A stretch of 48,944 bases of DNA from Octopus bimaculoides (Eukaryota), in the NCBI RefSeq assembly GCF_001194135.2, contig NC_068995.1, forward strand, positions 13,630,725 to 13,679,668, in the 5' to 3' direction. This document shows, piece by piece, positions 24,395 through 36,278 of this stretch. Position 1 is the first letter of the stretch; the number at the start of each line of letters is the position of its first letter. The position numbers were made by a program, and so were the translations under genes. Below the pieces are notes generated by a model. The model made no database searches, was not told the origin of the DNA, and worked only from the letters and a program-made list of their open reading frames with translations.

Positions 24395-25160
24395 TGTCGG
24401 GTACTGATTTCTTTTTAGAGTGTAGTGAAACCTCTCTCTCGGGCATTCAATCATAAATAACGAAGCTGCTAACATCTAGCCTTCGTCTGCCTTGGATCCT
24501 TCTGTCCTCCATCCTGATTGGTTCTTATTTGCGCGGCAATTGTCCCCATGTTCTGCTTGCTAACGGTGGATTATCGTCCAATCGTGGCCTTGAGATAAGG
24601 TCACGTGAGAGAGAGTTTTACTGGGTTTCCGGTGAGCACTATTTCGCCTATAAATAAGCCCGATCCAACGACGGCAAATTTCTTCGATTTCAGATCTCTC
24701 ACAGGTCTGGTCGTTGACCACTCGTACAGAACACAGCTACAGCCAGTTCCAACGCCGACGTCTTCACCACCTATGTACTGACTACCACAATGTCTTGCGC
24801 CAGCAACCCCACCACCAGGTACACACCAATATCAACACACTCGGTTTTATCTCGACCCTATTTGAGTGGATGTTTCCACCACGAGCAACAGTCAGAACTA
24901 ACCAGCGAGAATATTCCGTATCAGGCAAACGGTCACAGCATTCTAACTTCTATGCCTGACTTATCTACTGTGTTAATTATATATGTCGCATGCACGCACA
25001 CAGACACAAACCGTTTCACTATGTTAATAAACTTACTCTCATTATAAATCATAACGGTTGTCTGTCCTAATCTGTTCATTTACTGGCACTATGGCTCGTA
25101 TCTCTCACGATGAGCCTTCTATCTTATATATTATGTTAGTTTGTGTTCGACCGTGCGACA
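24395..25160 (+). mobile_element. LTR-like block (possible solo LTR)
   Basis: TGTCG...CGACA termini, CCAAT at 24578, CACGTG at 24602, TATAAATA at 24649 and AATAAA at 25026. No matching TSD found. Confidence 0.5.
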
Positions 25161-27138
25161 TGTTAAAAAGGAGCCTTTTCCGTCTACGTCGCCATCTCCT
25201 TTGGTTCGCACGGTCGAATTATTATAAGAGCTTTACACGATCCATTTTTCTTACTTTTTTTTGCATCAAATTCAAAGTTACACGTTTGAAATTGGATTGA
25301 ACGATTTGGTTTTCATTTCTATTGTCATTTTTTGGTGGAGAGGGAGAGACTTGCGCGCTATTGAATGCTAACCGATCCATTTAATGCGGGCGAGTATGAA
25401 TAATTGCAATACACTAGTTACATATGAGGTAAAAAGCAATAAGATTTCATTAATAAATTAACATATTACTTTAACAACTTATCTTCAGTATTTTCATTAC
25501 TTCTATTTTAATATTTATAATCTGTGTTCAAATTCCACCATACTAATTTTGCCTTTCTTCCCCCTGGGGCTGATAAAAGTTATCAGTTATACTGAGATTG
25601 ACTCAACATTGGCTATTCTCTACTCTTTCAAATTTGTGTCTGTTGCCAAGTTAACTATTATTTTTATAATTTACTGGAGTAGATGTCAAGTGTTCTCGGT
25701 CATTTCCTCGATTGACTCAGTCTAGAGATATTAGGTTTACTGAAACTATAGCAGCCCGTCAGAGGCACTGTATCCATGGTTAGAGGTACCCAGATCTGTT
25801 TGAAGATTGCTATAAAGATACGTATGTTTATGGAATACCCAGCTACTTCATATTAGCTATTTAAACAGAGTATGTAGTTTCGTTGATATACTAACTGGAG
25901 TACACCGATACTGATACAATCAAGACTAGAATCCATCCATCATATTTTCAGGCTAAGATTAAGATCTTGAAGAATAATGGGATTAGACTGTCTGAGACAG
26001 GAGAACAAACACGATATCACAACGTAGAATCTTTGGATCAATAACTGTTCAAATGTAAAGTGCTTCTGGGATTTAGAAAGAAAAATAATGCTTTGTCAGA
26101 TTTGTTTTCGCTGTGTTCAGAAACAGCCGAGTGGATATGATATCGGATTATTGGTTGACGGGTTTTATGTTCAGATCTTTTGTTGGCGTTCTGCTTCATA
26201 CTATATGTAAGGTCGGATGCTGGTTCGATATTTATGCGAAAGCTATGAGAGATAGACTAGCATCCTGTCCACCACGATTATTGATCTTGAATGCGCTTAT
26301 CAACTATAAATCTGGGGATAAGCGTTGATCTTAGGATTAATCATTGGGTATCTTGAACATAAGCATACACTAACTCAATTAGAGATGTTTAGTCTTTGGT
26401 CTGTCCTGATGACCTATGATGAAAAAGCGCTCCAGCTTTACTGTAACTGTATTTTTTTTTCAGGCATTCACTCTCAAACTGCATTGTACATATTTTCCAA
26501 AAAATTTCAGTCAGTTGATTTTACTGCAGTTACCACCCATGCTTATTTTTAGATTTTTAACTTTCCTAGAGTGGGTATTTGTCTACCGTTTGTGGAGATA
26601 ACAGGGTTATCTTCAGATCGGAGATTTGGTGTGAATGTTTGCGAGAGAGAATAGGCTTCGGTAAAGGTACCCAAATGCCCTGGGGTGATACCAAACCGAG
26701 CAACGGATTAACTCTACCACCCGAAAAGACAGCAGGGTACGTTAGTTGAAGGAAATTTAGCTGCTATTTCTAGTAGGTCGTGTGCCTGCGCATATTCTCC
26801 GATATTGACCCATAAGAGATATTGTTTCTAAGAAATATAATAAGAATCAGCGATCCTTAATTTATTCAATGAAATTGTGTCGTTGAGAGATTTTCTCGTC
26901 AATAATGTGTATTATTAGCAAAGGCTTTAATTTGATTTTGATGAAGGGCAGCATTATTCGAAATTTAAGATTGTCATCTCCTCTCAACATGCAAACGTTT
27001 CCAAATTTACGAACGTTACAGAATGCTACATTTACCGAGCAAGCAATTACCATGGTCAACTTTGCTTTTCATCCTTCCGAGGTCAATTAGAGTGCAAGTA
27101 CCAGGATAAATTTAATATTCTGATAAAATATTCTAGAT

Positions 27139-27708
27139 CAGTGGTTCCCAAACTATGAGTCACGACCTACTGATGGGTCGCGAACGGAATCCTAGTGGGT
27201 CCCAAAAAGTTATAAAATTTACGCATTTCAACCTGACGCGACGACTGGAATATCAACAAAAGCTGATGAGGAACTTATCGATTTATCCGAAGACTCTTCC
27301 TTGAAAATGACCTTTAACACCCGAAAATTGGTACAGTTCTGGGCGTCTCTTCAAACCCCGTACCCGATCATTTCCACCGAAGCATTAAAAGTACTTCTCC
27401 CTTTCGCGTCATCTTATAATTGTGAAGCTGGATTTTCAGCAATGGTTGGGATTAAAAGCAAATTTCGAAATAAACTGCAGCTCTCAAATTCTTTACGGCT
27501 GAAACTATCACGCATTGAACCTGATGTTAATTCTATTCTTGAGCGTAGCAAGAAACAGGCTCATCCTTCTCACAGGCCTCAATGAAAATGTAATCTGAAA
27601 TAAATTTGTTTCTTTCATTAATGTTTTGACCCAGTAGAGTTAAATGGGTCGCCATAAACTGGTGTCATAAATAGTGGGTCACGTCTCTAAAAAGTTTGGG
27701 AACCACTG
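27139..27708 (+). mobile_element. Non-autonomous hAT (Buster/Charlie) element carrying the transposase C-terminal dimerisation region
   Basis: Perfect 16-bp TIRs CAGTGGTTCCCAAACT and a perfect 8-bp TSD TTCTAGAT (27131-38, 27709-16). The ORF reads FW...YP....ALKVLLPFASSYNCEAGFS...KSKFRNKL...KQAHPSH. Confidence 0.95.
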
Positions 27709-27751
27709 TTCTAGATAATCTTGATGGCATTATAAGACGAACAGAAAGGAA

Positions 27752-27965
27752 CCTGTTGTTAAAACTCAAGACAGCCCTGATCGAGTAAGCATATGATCAA
27801 AAGGCATCTCAGCCATGACCATCCCATCTTTTTTATTCAGATATAGTGTATTTAGGGTCACGTTATCTGTGTCTTTCACTTTCTAAAGATTGTAGAGTGT
27901 AATTTGAGACAGTTTGGTCGCTGTTTCTAGTAAATCGAGCAACCACATAGATGCTTCTTCATTGG
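27752..27965 (-). mobile_element. Dispersed SINE-like repeat, family D
   Basis: Aligns with 32565-32760, about 29835-29975 and about 37575-37830 (tagaaatagc, cctagatacac, atggct...tttgatca, aacaac tail). Confidence 0.55.
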
Positions 27966-28357
27966 CACGAGTAGAAAAGAAATTATTGATGAAGGTGAAC
28001 ATCAAGAAGCAACTAACTTGAAGTTAATGAGATTATAATTTCACAGTCTATTAACCTCATCTCGAAAGATGAGGTTAATAGTCCGAAAACTAATAAGCTT
28101 ATTAACAATAACTAATATAATTAATTGTAATCTTATCGACAATAGCTCAACGTGGTTAATATGAATAATGGTGTGCCAGAGAACTGCTGAATACAGAGGA
28201 AGAATAAAGACATTTAGAGACATTTCTCAAGAAGAGAACAAACAGACTGATTTTCATACAAATAACTATACATTTTCTTTTTGTACATTTATGTGCACTG
28301 GGAATTCATCTGAGATATTTAGAAATTCGATCCATTAAAATGAACTTTGTTTGGTTT

Positions 28358-28458
28358 ATGGCTGTATGGTTAAGAATCTCGCTTCGCAACCACATGGTTT
28401 CGGGTTCAGTCCCACTGCAAGGCACCTTGGGCAAGTATCTTCTGCTATAGCCACGGGC
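28358..28458 (+). mobile_element. SINE A/B head fragment
   Basis: ggttcagtcccactgc..ggcaccttgggcaagt matches the family head. Confidence 0.75.
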
Positions 28459-28522
28459 ATGTGATACAGTGAGTGCATGTGATACAGTGTTGTGAAACCC
28501 CGTCGTGTGTGTGTAATTTGTG

Positions 28523-28740
28523 TTATTTCTTTACTACCCACAAGGGGCTACACACAGAGGGGACAAACAGATTAAGTCGATTATATCGACTCCAGTGCAT
28601 AACTGGTACTTATTTAATCGACCCTGAAAGGATGAAAGGCAAAGTCGACCCGGCGGAATTTGAACTCAGAACTTAAAGACAGACGAAATACCGCTAAGCA
28701 TTTCGCCCGGCGTGCTAACGTTTCTGCCAGCTCGCCGCCT
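28523..28740 (-). mobile_element. SINE family C (tRNA head plus Nin/Deu-like core)
   Basis: Reverse complement reads GGCGGCGAGCTGGCAGAAACGTTAGC...GTTCAAATTCC, then GTCGACTTTGCCTTTCATCCTTTC..GTCGAT..AAGTACCAG. Confidence 0.85.
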
Positions 28741-28822
28741 TTCTGTATATGTGTGTGCAGTTGGCACATGAAGCAGTGATAATAAACAAATTTTTAGTCC
28801 AAATGGCCTTGGTATCTGACAT

Positions 28823-28882
28823 TGATAACTACATAATATAAATATAGTATAGAAACATATTCGTCTCGTATCCATTTACGCT
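28823..28882 (+). repeat. 60-bp exact direct repeat, copy 2
   Basis: Identical to 22900-22959. Confidence 0.95.
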
Positions 28883-29060
28883 CTATGTTTAGTCCCTTGT
28901 GGGCAATAAAGAAATAAGAAACGCCGGGCGTCTGTCTTTATGTTCTAAGTTCAAATTCCGCCGAGGTCGACTTTGCCTTTCATCCTTTCGGGGTCGATAA
29001 ATTAAGTACCAGTTGCGTACTGGGGTTGATCTAATCGACTGCCCCCCCTCCCCCAAAATT
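28883..29060 (+). mobile_element. SINE family C, tail-then-head rearranged copy
   Basis: The tail segment ctatgtttagtcccttgtgggc precedes gttcaaattccgccgaggtcgactttgcc. Confidence 0.8.
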
Positions 29061-29063
29061 TCG

Positions 29064-29252
29064 TCGAACCTCTAAGTTACGGGGGCGTAAACACACCAAC
29101 ACCAGTCGTCAAGCGGTGGTGACACACGCACACACACACACACATGACGGGCTTCTTTCAGTTTATAGTAGAAGACACTTGCCCCGGAACCATGTTTTTG
29201 GCAAGCAATCTTGTGGCAAGAAGCTTCTTACTACACTGCCGTGCCTGCGCCT
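29064..29252 (-). mobile_element. SINE family A, internally deleted
   Basis: Collinear pieces of the 10079 copy with two deletions. Confidence 0.75.
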
Positions 29253-30842
29253 ATAAAGTAATTTGGCTTTAACATTGTTTGTTTTGTTATATGTTAATTT
29301 ATTTCATATAAAATGACATATTAAAAATTAATACATTGCATTATAGTAGATAATCTAATCCTGTATCAGTTGTACTACGCTGCGTGCTATAAAGGACAGT
29401 TTAAGTAAAAAAAATAAAATCGAAATGTATGATTGCATATTTATGCTTGAACTATTAGGATAATTTATCTAGGACTATATTATCCAATGTATCCTTCCGA
29501 TTTTATGACATTATAGTATGATTTGAGGGAGACTTGGTTGCTTTTTCTAGTAGCGCATAAGAACCTATTGGAGGAGTGCATCTGTGCTGAGAGAAATAAT
29601 TTTTAATTTTACAAATCCGTAGGTAATTAATTTGTTAAATTAATGTTTTGGGTATAAAGCGTGAACAGTTTTTTTTTTTCAGTGTATTTTCAGACTTCGC
29701 CTGAGTTGTTTCATTATTTAAATACAGACGAAATTTCTTCTACAGACGAGGCGTTTCCTATTCCTGTTTGACGCGATCATCTTTTCATGTAGAAAGAGAG
29801 ANNNNNNNNNNAAAAAAAAAACCCCCCAAAACTAACTTGAAATCATACTCTACGCTAAGAAGGACATGTTAGATAATATAGTACATTTAAGACTAGATTA
29901 TCCAAAAACAACAAAAAGATGTGATGGTCACGGCTATAATGCTCAATGAAGACTGAAACGAGACTAAACAACAACTATCACTATAACTTCTATTTATCAC
30001 GTTTTGTAACTATTGTACGAAAATACACGATTACTCCCACCTTTTGTTAGCAAAGTATGGCCAGAGTATTGATTTTTGTATCGATCTATTTTTGCCCAAC
30101 ATTGACCTTGTGATCAGTTTAAAGAAATCGATACTTTGAGAGTGTTGAAATGAAATGCTAGAGTGGATTAGGTATCGGAGACATCTACGTTTTATGACAT
30201 CGCGAGATCAAATCGGCTGATGGCATTTGGTTGTTTGTAGTTTGTTAGCTCTTTATTCTGCATTGTCTGAATCAGGCATTGGCAACATTGTTCAAGAAGC
30301 GGGCCGCGTGAGACCTGACTCGATATCAAGCAGGCCGCACTACTAAAAAATATTCAAGGTAATTTTTTATTAGGCATGCCATTCAGAAAGTTCCACAAGC
30401 TGCAGTTTGTCCATTACTGGTGTAAATTAACCAAGATGTCGAGAATACAGACAGACATACATACATGCGTGCTTGGATATATATATATAATCATACGAGA
30501 ACCTTTACTGTGGTTGTAGACTGATGGATTATTTTCTATTCAGGTTGAGAAGTTTCACATATCTATCTGCTTAACTCCAGGAAACTGGAAGCAAGCATCA
30601 ACCATTGAAATTCCTTCGGGACTTAGGAGTCATTTATACTTGAATCGATCCCAAGTATCTTACCAGTATTTGTTTCATCGATTTCTTTAATAGATGGAAG
30701 CTAAGGTCCAATCCAATAAGATTTGAATTTAGTTTACTAGTTCAAAGGTCAATGTAACATCTAGTTTGATGTTTTTTCTTATCTTCATTATAGTTAACCT
30801 AAATATTGGTATCTTTCGATTATTTTAATTTTTTTATACATA

Positions 30843-31184
30843 GGCGCAGGAGTGACTGTGTTGTAAATAGCTTGCTTACTAACCACATGGTTCCGGGTTC
30901 AGTCCCAGTGCGTGACACTTTGGGCAAGTGTCTTCTACTATAGCCTCGGGCTGACCAAAGCCTTGTGAGTGGATTTGATAGACGGAAACTGAAAGAAGCC
31001 CGTTGCATATAAACATATATACATATGCTTGTGTGTCTGTGTTTGTCCCCCCAACTTTGCTTGACAATCAATGCTGGTGCGTTTACATTACCGTAACTTA
31101 GCGGTTCGGCAAAAGAGACTGATTTTCTCGACTAAAGGCGGTGCTGCAGCATGGCCGCAGTCAAATGACAAACAAGTAAAAGAA
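30843..31184 (+). mobile_element. SINE family A, young copy with a 3' deletion
   Basis: High similarity to the 10079 copy, with CpGs retained. Confidence 0.9.
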
Positions 31185-31474
31185 TAGATGTTGAATTGAC
31201 TTACAGTATGTTGCTGATATTTATCTTAACGACCCTGGAGTGGAGTGGGTGTGAAAGAATTGGTGAGAGTTGGGATCAAAACGTAAAGATATGATTCTAA
31301 ATCCAAATTTTATAACCTAAGGATATCATAGGTGCACAGTAATGCGTATTTCAAGAGGAAATAACTTGATGGTGTCTGTATCCTCTCCAGGTATGCTTGG
31401 CTGTTGCCTTCTCTGGGAGAAGCTTTTCTGACCGTTAATGGGTTTTATTTTCAATCCAATACACACCCTCTTCA

Positions 31475-31621
31475 CAGTGGCGTAGCTAGAGTGTGTGCAA
31501 CCTGCTACTTCATTTTGTTGTGTAAGCCTATACAAGCTTATACAGGAATCCTAAAAGTGTCTCCCCCATAATAGCGTCGCCCAGAACGGACTGCTCCACC
31601 CATTCCCCAGCTACGCTACTG
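31475..31621. mobile_element. 147-bp hAT-type MITE
   Basis: TIRs CAGTGGCGTAGCT / AGCTACGCTACTG. The 8-bp flanks CCTCTTCA / CCTCCTCA differ at one position. Confidence 0.8.
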
Positions 31622-32014
31622 CCTCCTCATCAAGTGGGGCCGGTTTAGTTGTCTACTATCCATTCAATCATGAAACTAAATGTTCAATATTTAATTTGAT
31701 GGTTCACATTACTGAAAACTTGGTTGCATTTTTAAAACGAAAGTGTACCTGGTTCACACTTTGAGTTCAAAGTATCTAACAATGAGTTGAGTTGCGATTA
31801 TTGACAACTATCACGTGCATTTTCGCCATATTTCAACCGAACACGGAAGAGCCTCGGTACGGTCATTCGAACTGCTTGGGACAACGGCCAAACTTCTCAA
31901 AGCATACTCTTAGATTAAGAAAGGAAAAAGCAAATTGAATATTGCAGTCTTAGATACACTGTGTCTGAAAGAGGAACGGTGGGATGGCTCTGATTAGAAT
32001 GTTGTCTACTAGAT

Positions 32015-32140
32015 CAGGTGACGCTTTTATAGGGGCGGCACTTTTAAGTCTGCTGTATAAGCCTGTATCGGCTTGGGGGCCCGGGGATGAGCGGCAAACT
32101 CAAGGATTGTCCTGGGCGGTACACTCTCGATACGCTACTG
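32015..32140 (+). mobile_element. Second copy of the 31475 MITE family (one terminus)
   Basis: gacgcttttataggggcggcactttt..ctgctgtataag, ending GATACGCTACTG. Confidence 0.65.
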
Positions 32141-32239
32141 ATGTTGCGCCGCGCCCCCACCACCGGGACCTATCAAACGGCTTTCGTACTCGTGTTTCAA
32201 CGCACACTCTGTAGCACACACCACACAAATTTCGTGTTT

Positions 32240-32540
32240 CACATGGTCAAGGACCATTTTCGCCGCTAGCACCTTGTTTACAGCTACTCTTCTCTATCGC
32301 TACTTCTTTACTACAGTTAACTGATGCTGCTTTAATTTTCATCTTTAGTGAAACCAATCGTTTATAGTTGATGATAGTCTCCATCAATTCCTGCTTACCC
32401 AGTTCGCTAATTTTGTCCCTGAAATATTTCCGTACTGAGGAAGACCCGTTCAGATTCCAGTAACCATGTCCTTGACCATTGGTCTTGTCTAAATTGATTG
32501 TACAGATCACGAATTTGAGGTTCGTATCGCTAACTACTCG
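32240..32540 (-). mobile_element. L1/Tx1-type LINE ORF2 fragment
   Basis: KFVICTINL..GQGHGYWNLNGS matches the G.GYWKLN motif that follows the endonuclease. Confidence 0.65.
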
Positions 32541-32564
32541 AAACTGTAGACAACTTAAACGAAG

Positions 32565-32760
32565 CCGGACCTGCTAGAAATAGCTGTGAAATCTTTTATA
32601 ACCTCCTGCCGTCTTGCAAAAGCCGGGAGGAAACACTGGATAAAGTAGTCCTAGATACACAATGTCTGAGAGAAAGACGATGTTGAAATGGCTAGAATTC
32701 CTTTGATCAGCACAGACCTATTTGCTCAATCACAATTGACACGGGATTAAACAACACCTG
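32565..32760 (+). mobile_element. Family D repeat
   Basis: Aligns with the reverse complement of 27752-27965. Confidence 0.55.
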
Positions 32761-33671
32761 GAGGAACTTTCAAATGTAATTAAAACTTCAAGTATTTCTG
32801 CAGTCGTTTCAAACCATTAAATAGTTTTAGTTTTATTAAAAGCTTCTTTTTTTTCTAACTTGATTTCTACTACTTTCTTTCCAGCTTACGACTACCTGGA
32901 TTACATATATTATTGAACATGCGTATGTAGTGCTAGTTACTCTGTATGTGTGTATGTGTATAGATAATTAAATTGACTTCAGTTTATGACAGACGCCTGG
33001 TTTTATCGACCCTACAAGGATGAGGGTCAAATATCGATCTCTGCGGAATGTACTCCCGGAGCGTAATTAATTTTATCATTAGTAGCAATTTCTCACTGTT
33101 TCCCCAGGGAAAGATAATTTAATAAATCTTCTTTATCACTTTCACCGCCTTCATTATTACTGCTATATTGTTGCATAATAATTGTTTCTGATCTAGGTAC
33201 AAGGTCAACAGTTTTGAGGGGAGGGGTTAATCGATTATATAGACTCCAATACCTGACTGGTACTTCATTTTATCGATACCAGAAGGATGAAAAATAAAGA
33301 TGTTCGTATTTGAACCTCTCCTGGTGAACTTTCTAAAACCGCGCTTTGTGTTTTAGTAGTTGAAATTGTGTTTTTGTGTGGGGAACCTAGACGATTTTCT
33401 TTTAAGATGACTAAGAGGTCAATGGAATTTTTACCGTTTTTAGAACTACCACAAAATACTGATTTTTAAGAGGAAGAGTTCACGCGCTTAAACTTCACAG
33501 GTTCCACTTCAAAACTTTTAAGATTGATACAGTTGAAGTTAGGAAAAATATGAACGAAAATGAAATTTCAGTGGTTTGATATATGGGTTATAAAAGAAAG
33601 GGGTATTGTGGTTAATACGGAAAAAGAACGGAGGTACAATATAAGTGATAAGTTAGGATTAATAATTCCTA

Positions 33672-33832
33672 CTACGGTCCAGCTGAAGAGGACGGTTCGC
33701 CCTGGGCGGCGCTTTTATGGGGGAGGGGACACTTTTGAGTCTGCTGTATAAAAGCGTGTATAGAAGTGGGGGATATTAGGGTGGTAAATTCACGGGTTAC
33801 CCAGGGTGGTATACACTCAATTTACGTCAATA
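33672..33832 (+). mobile_element. Third, decayed copy of the 31475 MITE family
   Basis: cgccctgggcggcgcttttatgggg..cacttttgagtctgctgtata. Confidence 0.6.
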
Positions 33833-34629
33833 GCCAAGATCTTAATTTTTTTCCTTGTCTCTTGAACAATACAAATCCTATTTATATTCGCAACATTTCC
33901 TTCTAGTTGCAATTCTTTTATGGTAAGGTGAGGTTAGAAAGGAATTTAACTTGTATTTTTTCTTTTTTTTTCGTATCGTACTACCAGTTATTGTGGGGCA
34001 AGTCAGCCCTCATCGTAGGTACTCAACCAGATTATGAGGTGTAATCAACAGATCTGTTGTTCCAGGTATGCCATAGCACAGACAGCTGAGGACTATATTG
34101 TACTTATCGATATGTAGTGGTTAATATAATGGGGAGACAGTATCGTAATTTGGACAAGTTGTATTACTTCCACTGTCAGGACGGTGAATTGCAGCGAACA
34201 GAATGTCTTGTGGTTATTTAGTTACGGCCGTTTGTGTTCACACCTTTTACAACTACGATGTAAAATCCGATTTTTACATGAAATCGGATTTTTTTATTTG
34301 AAGAAATTTGAGTGATGATAACTCGTTTGGATGCGCACATACACAGGAATACAAAATTTGCACACAAGAAAATATCTGCGCATACTCACAACAACAAATA
34401 AGAGAGAACTTTGGTTCCAAGTTGAAATTCCCTGAGGTCGACTTTACTTTTCATCATCCTTCCTGAGTTGGCAAATTAAAGTACCGGTTCAAGTAAGATT
34501 GATTTAACCACTTCATCACTTTCCCAATATTTGTGGCATTGTGCCAGGCAGGGCACCTAATGATGGGCCTAATGAATTGTTTGTTTACTATTGTTGTTTC
34601 TGTTGGCTACCTTTTAAGTGATATAAATA

Positions 34630-34830
34630 TAGGTACTTCCCTATTATCGGCAGCCGTTACCAAAACATCTGAGAGATCTTCATGTAGTAGGGGCAAATGT
34701 TTTCAATAAACGACTTGACCTCCTGGTGTCCAAGGTCCCAGATGGGGATTATATCACGGCAAGAAACTCAAAAGAAGGCAGCAATGTCGAACTCCCTCTT
34801 TCGCCGAAAGTTAATCACACAAGAATTACC
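34630..34830 (+). mobile_element. CR1-like LINE 3' end
   Basis: LPKHLRDLHVVGANVFNKRLDLLVSKVPD, then (frameshift) SRQETQKKAAMSNSL. Confidence 0.65.
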
Positions 34831-35177
34831 ATTGAAAAAGCAATTACATTGGCCGTGCTCCAGCATAGCCACAGCCTTTGAACTAGAACGTATAAAAGAA
34901 TTAGTAAATAAACTATAAAACAATCACCCAATTCCTTGCTGTTTTCCTTTTCCATAAGGTAGTGGCAGCTATTCCGAAAGTTCATCTGTCAACTACTGTT
35001 ACACCAGTCTCATGAGTGTAATAGTTTATTTACTAACTCTTTATTAAATTATATATATAGGGCTAAACGGCAGTAGTGTATTCCCTTATTGGGATTGTCA
35101 CATTAAGTTGACAATATACTACAACTTTATCGCTCCACTACTGCTTAAATCTCTCTGAGAGATTTAGAAATATTATA

Positions 35178-35220
<43 letters not shown>

Positions 35221-35654
35221 CGGTTGATAATAGGAAATATGCCTAAATATGTTTGTGCGTCGTTTAGATCTCGTTATTGCCTTCTACATGTGTTGGTATT
35301 TTTATGTTTAGTCTGATGGTTTCATTATTTTTCTTTTTGTTGTTTTACCCCAGATCAATTCTGATCGTGCAGGCCTTTGATCAAAAATATTCCTTCCTTG
35401 ACCATCCCGCATATATTTCCAAACAGAGTATCTAGAACTACATTTACTCATTGTGTCCTTTCTTTTTTAAATGCAGGGTGTCTTGATGGAGATTTGGCCA
35501 CTGTTTCTAGATGGTCGAGCACCCACCTATAAGCTTCCTCCTTGGTTTGGTGACCGTTACACTAAATTTGATGCTCGATCTGTTAGAACTAGTAGCCAAA
35601 TCTACTTCAAAGTTCACTCTACCGTCTTAAATCGGATGATTATTCTGAATAATT

Positions 35655-35832
35655 TTCTAATTTTGGCACAAGGCCAGCAGTTTTGAGAGGAAGGAGTGTA
35701 GTCGATTAAACTTTATTTTATCGACCCAGGAGAGATGAAAGACAAAATTTACCTCGGCGGGATTTGAACTCAAAAAGACATAGAACCGGAACTAATATAG
35801 TAAAGCATTTTGTCTGATACTTTAACGATTCT
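35655..35832 (-). mobile_element. Decayed family C SINE
   Basis: tttatcgaccc..gatgaaag..ctcggcgggatttgaactc. Further decayed copies lie at about 33190-33300 and 34405-34560. Confidence 0.6.
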
Positions 35833-35929
35833 GCCGTATTATATGTGACAAATAGTTATCAAAAGAAGGCTATGATCTTTATAGGGCTTTCCTATAAGGT
35901 GTTATCCACCCCTGATTGGAACTCTCCCG

Positions 35930-36278
35930 TATGACATGTACGCATGCTCAGTGACTTGCTTTAACAGTTGCAATCAGCTGAATGCACATTGCCAGTGACA
36001 TTTGACATAATTACCCACACTCTGTGGTCAGGATTCTTTTTTTGGTTTGATGTCGGTATCGAAGGGATTACCAGACACCGGACAATACAGTGAGAGCAGC
36101 TTTCACTCACATCGTGGTATTCGATGCTGTGTACGTGTCTGTCGTGGTAAAATATGCCACTCCTTAACTGTTGCTTTGCTTTCATCCGTAGCACGAGGTA
36201 ATTATGTCATTATCTGTGAAATTCGGCAACTTACAAAGATCTTTAGATCAGGCAATACTTCACCGAGAGGAGATATAA
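35930..36278 (-). mobile_element. Fragment of a SWIM-zinc-finger/YqaJ-type accessory ORF, probably from an ISL2EU (PIF/Harbinger-related) transposon
   Basis: HNYLV...CIVRCLVIPS...HRVWVIMSNVTGNVHSADCNC resembles the N-terminal part of such proteins. It has stops and runs into the gap. Confidence 0.5.

Noticed and set aside
25640-26420. Possible decayed Penelope-like RT/GIY-YIG region (KILKNNG)
   Set aside because: Only one weak motif; too degraded to support a call without a profile search.
27301-27585. ORF as a domesticated ZBED/SCAND3-like host gene
   Set aside because: It lies wholly between perfect TIRs and a TSD in a 570-bp element and lacks the catalytic core.
28680-28740. SINE heads as tRNA genes
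   Set aside because: A/B-box-like motifs are present, but I see no complete cloverleaf and each head continues into a SINE body.
34262-34293. 12-bp perfect inverted repeat
   Set aside because: It is short, AT-rich and probably MITE debris, with no supporting context.
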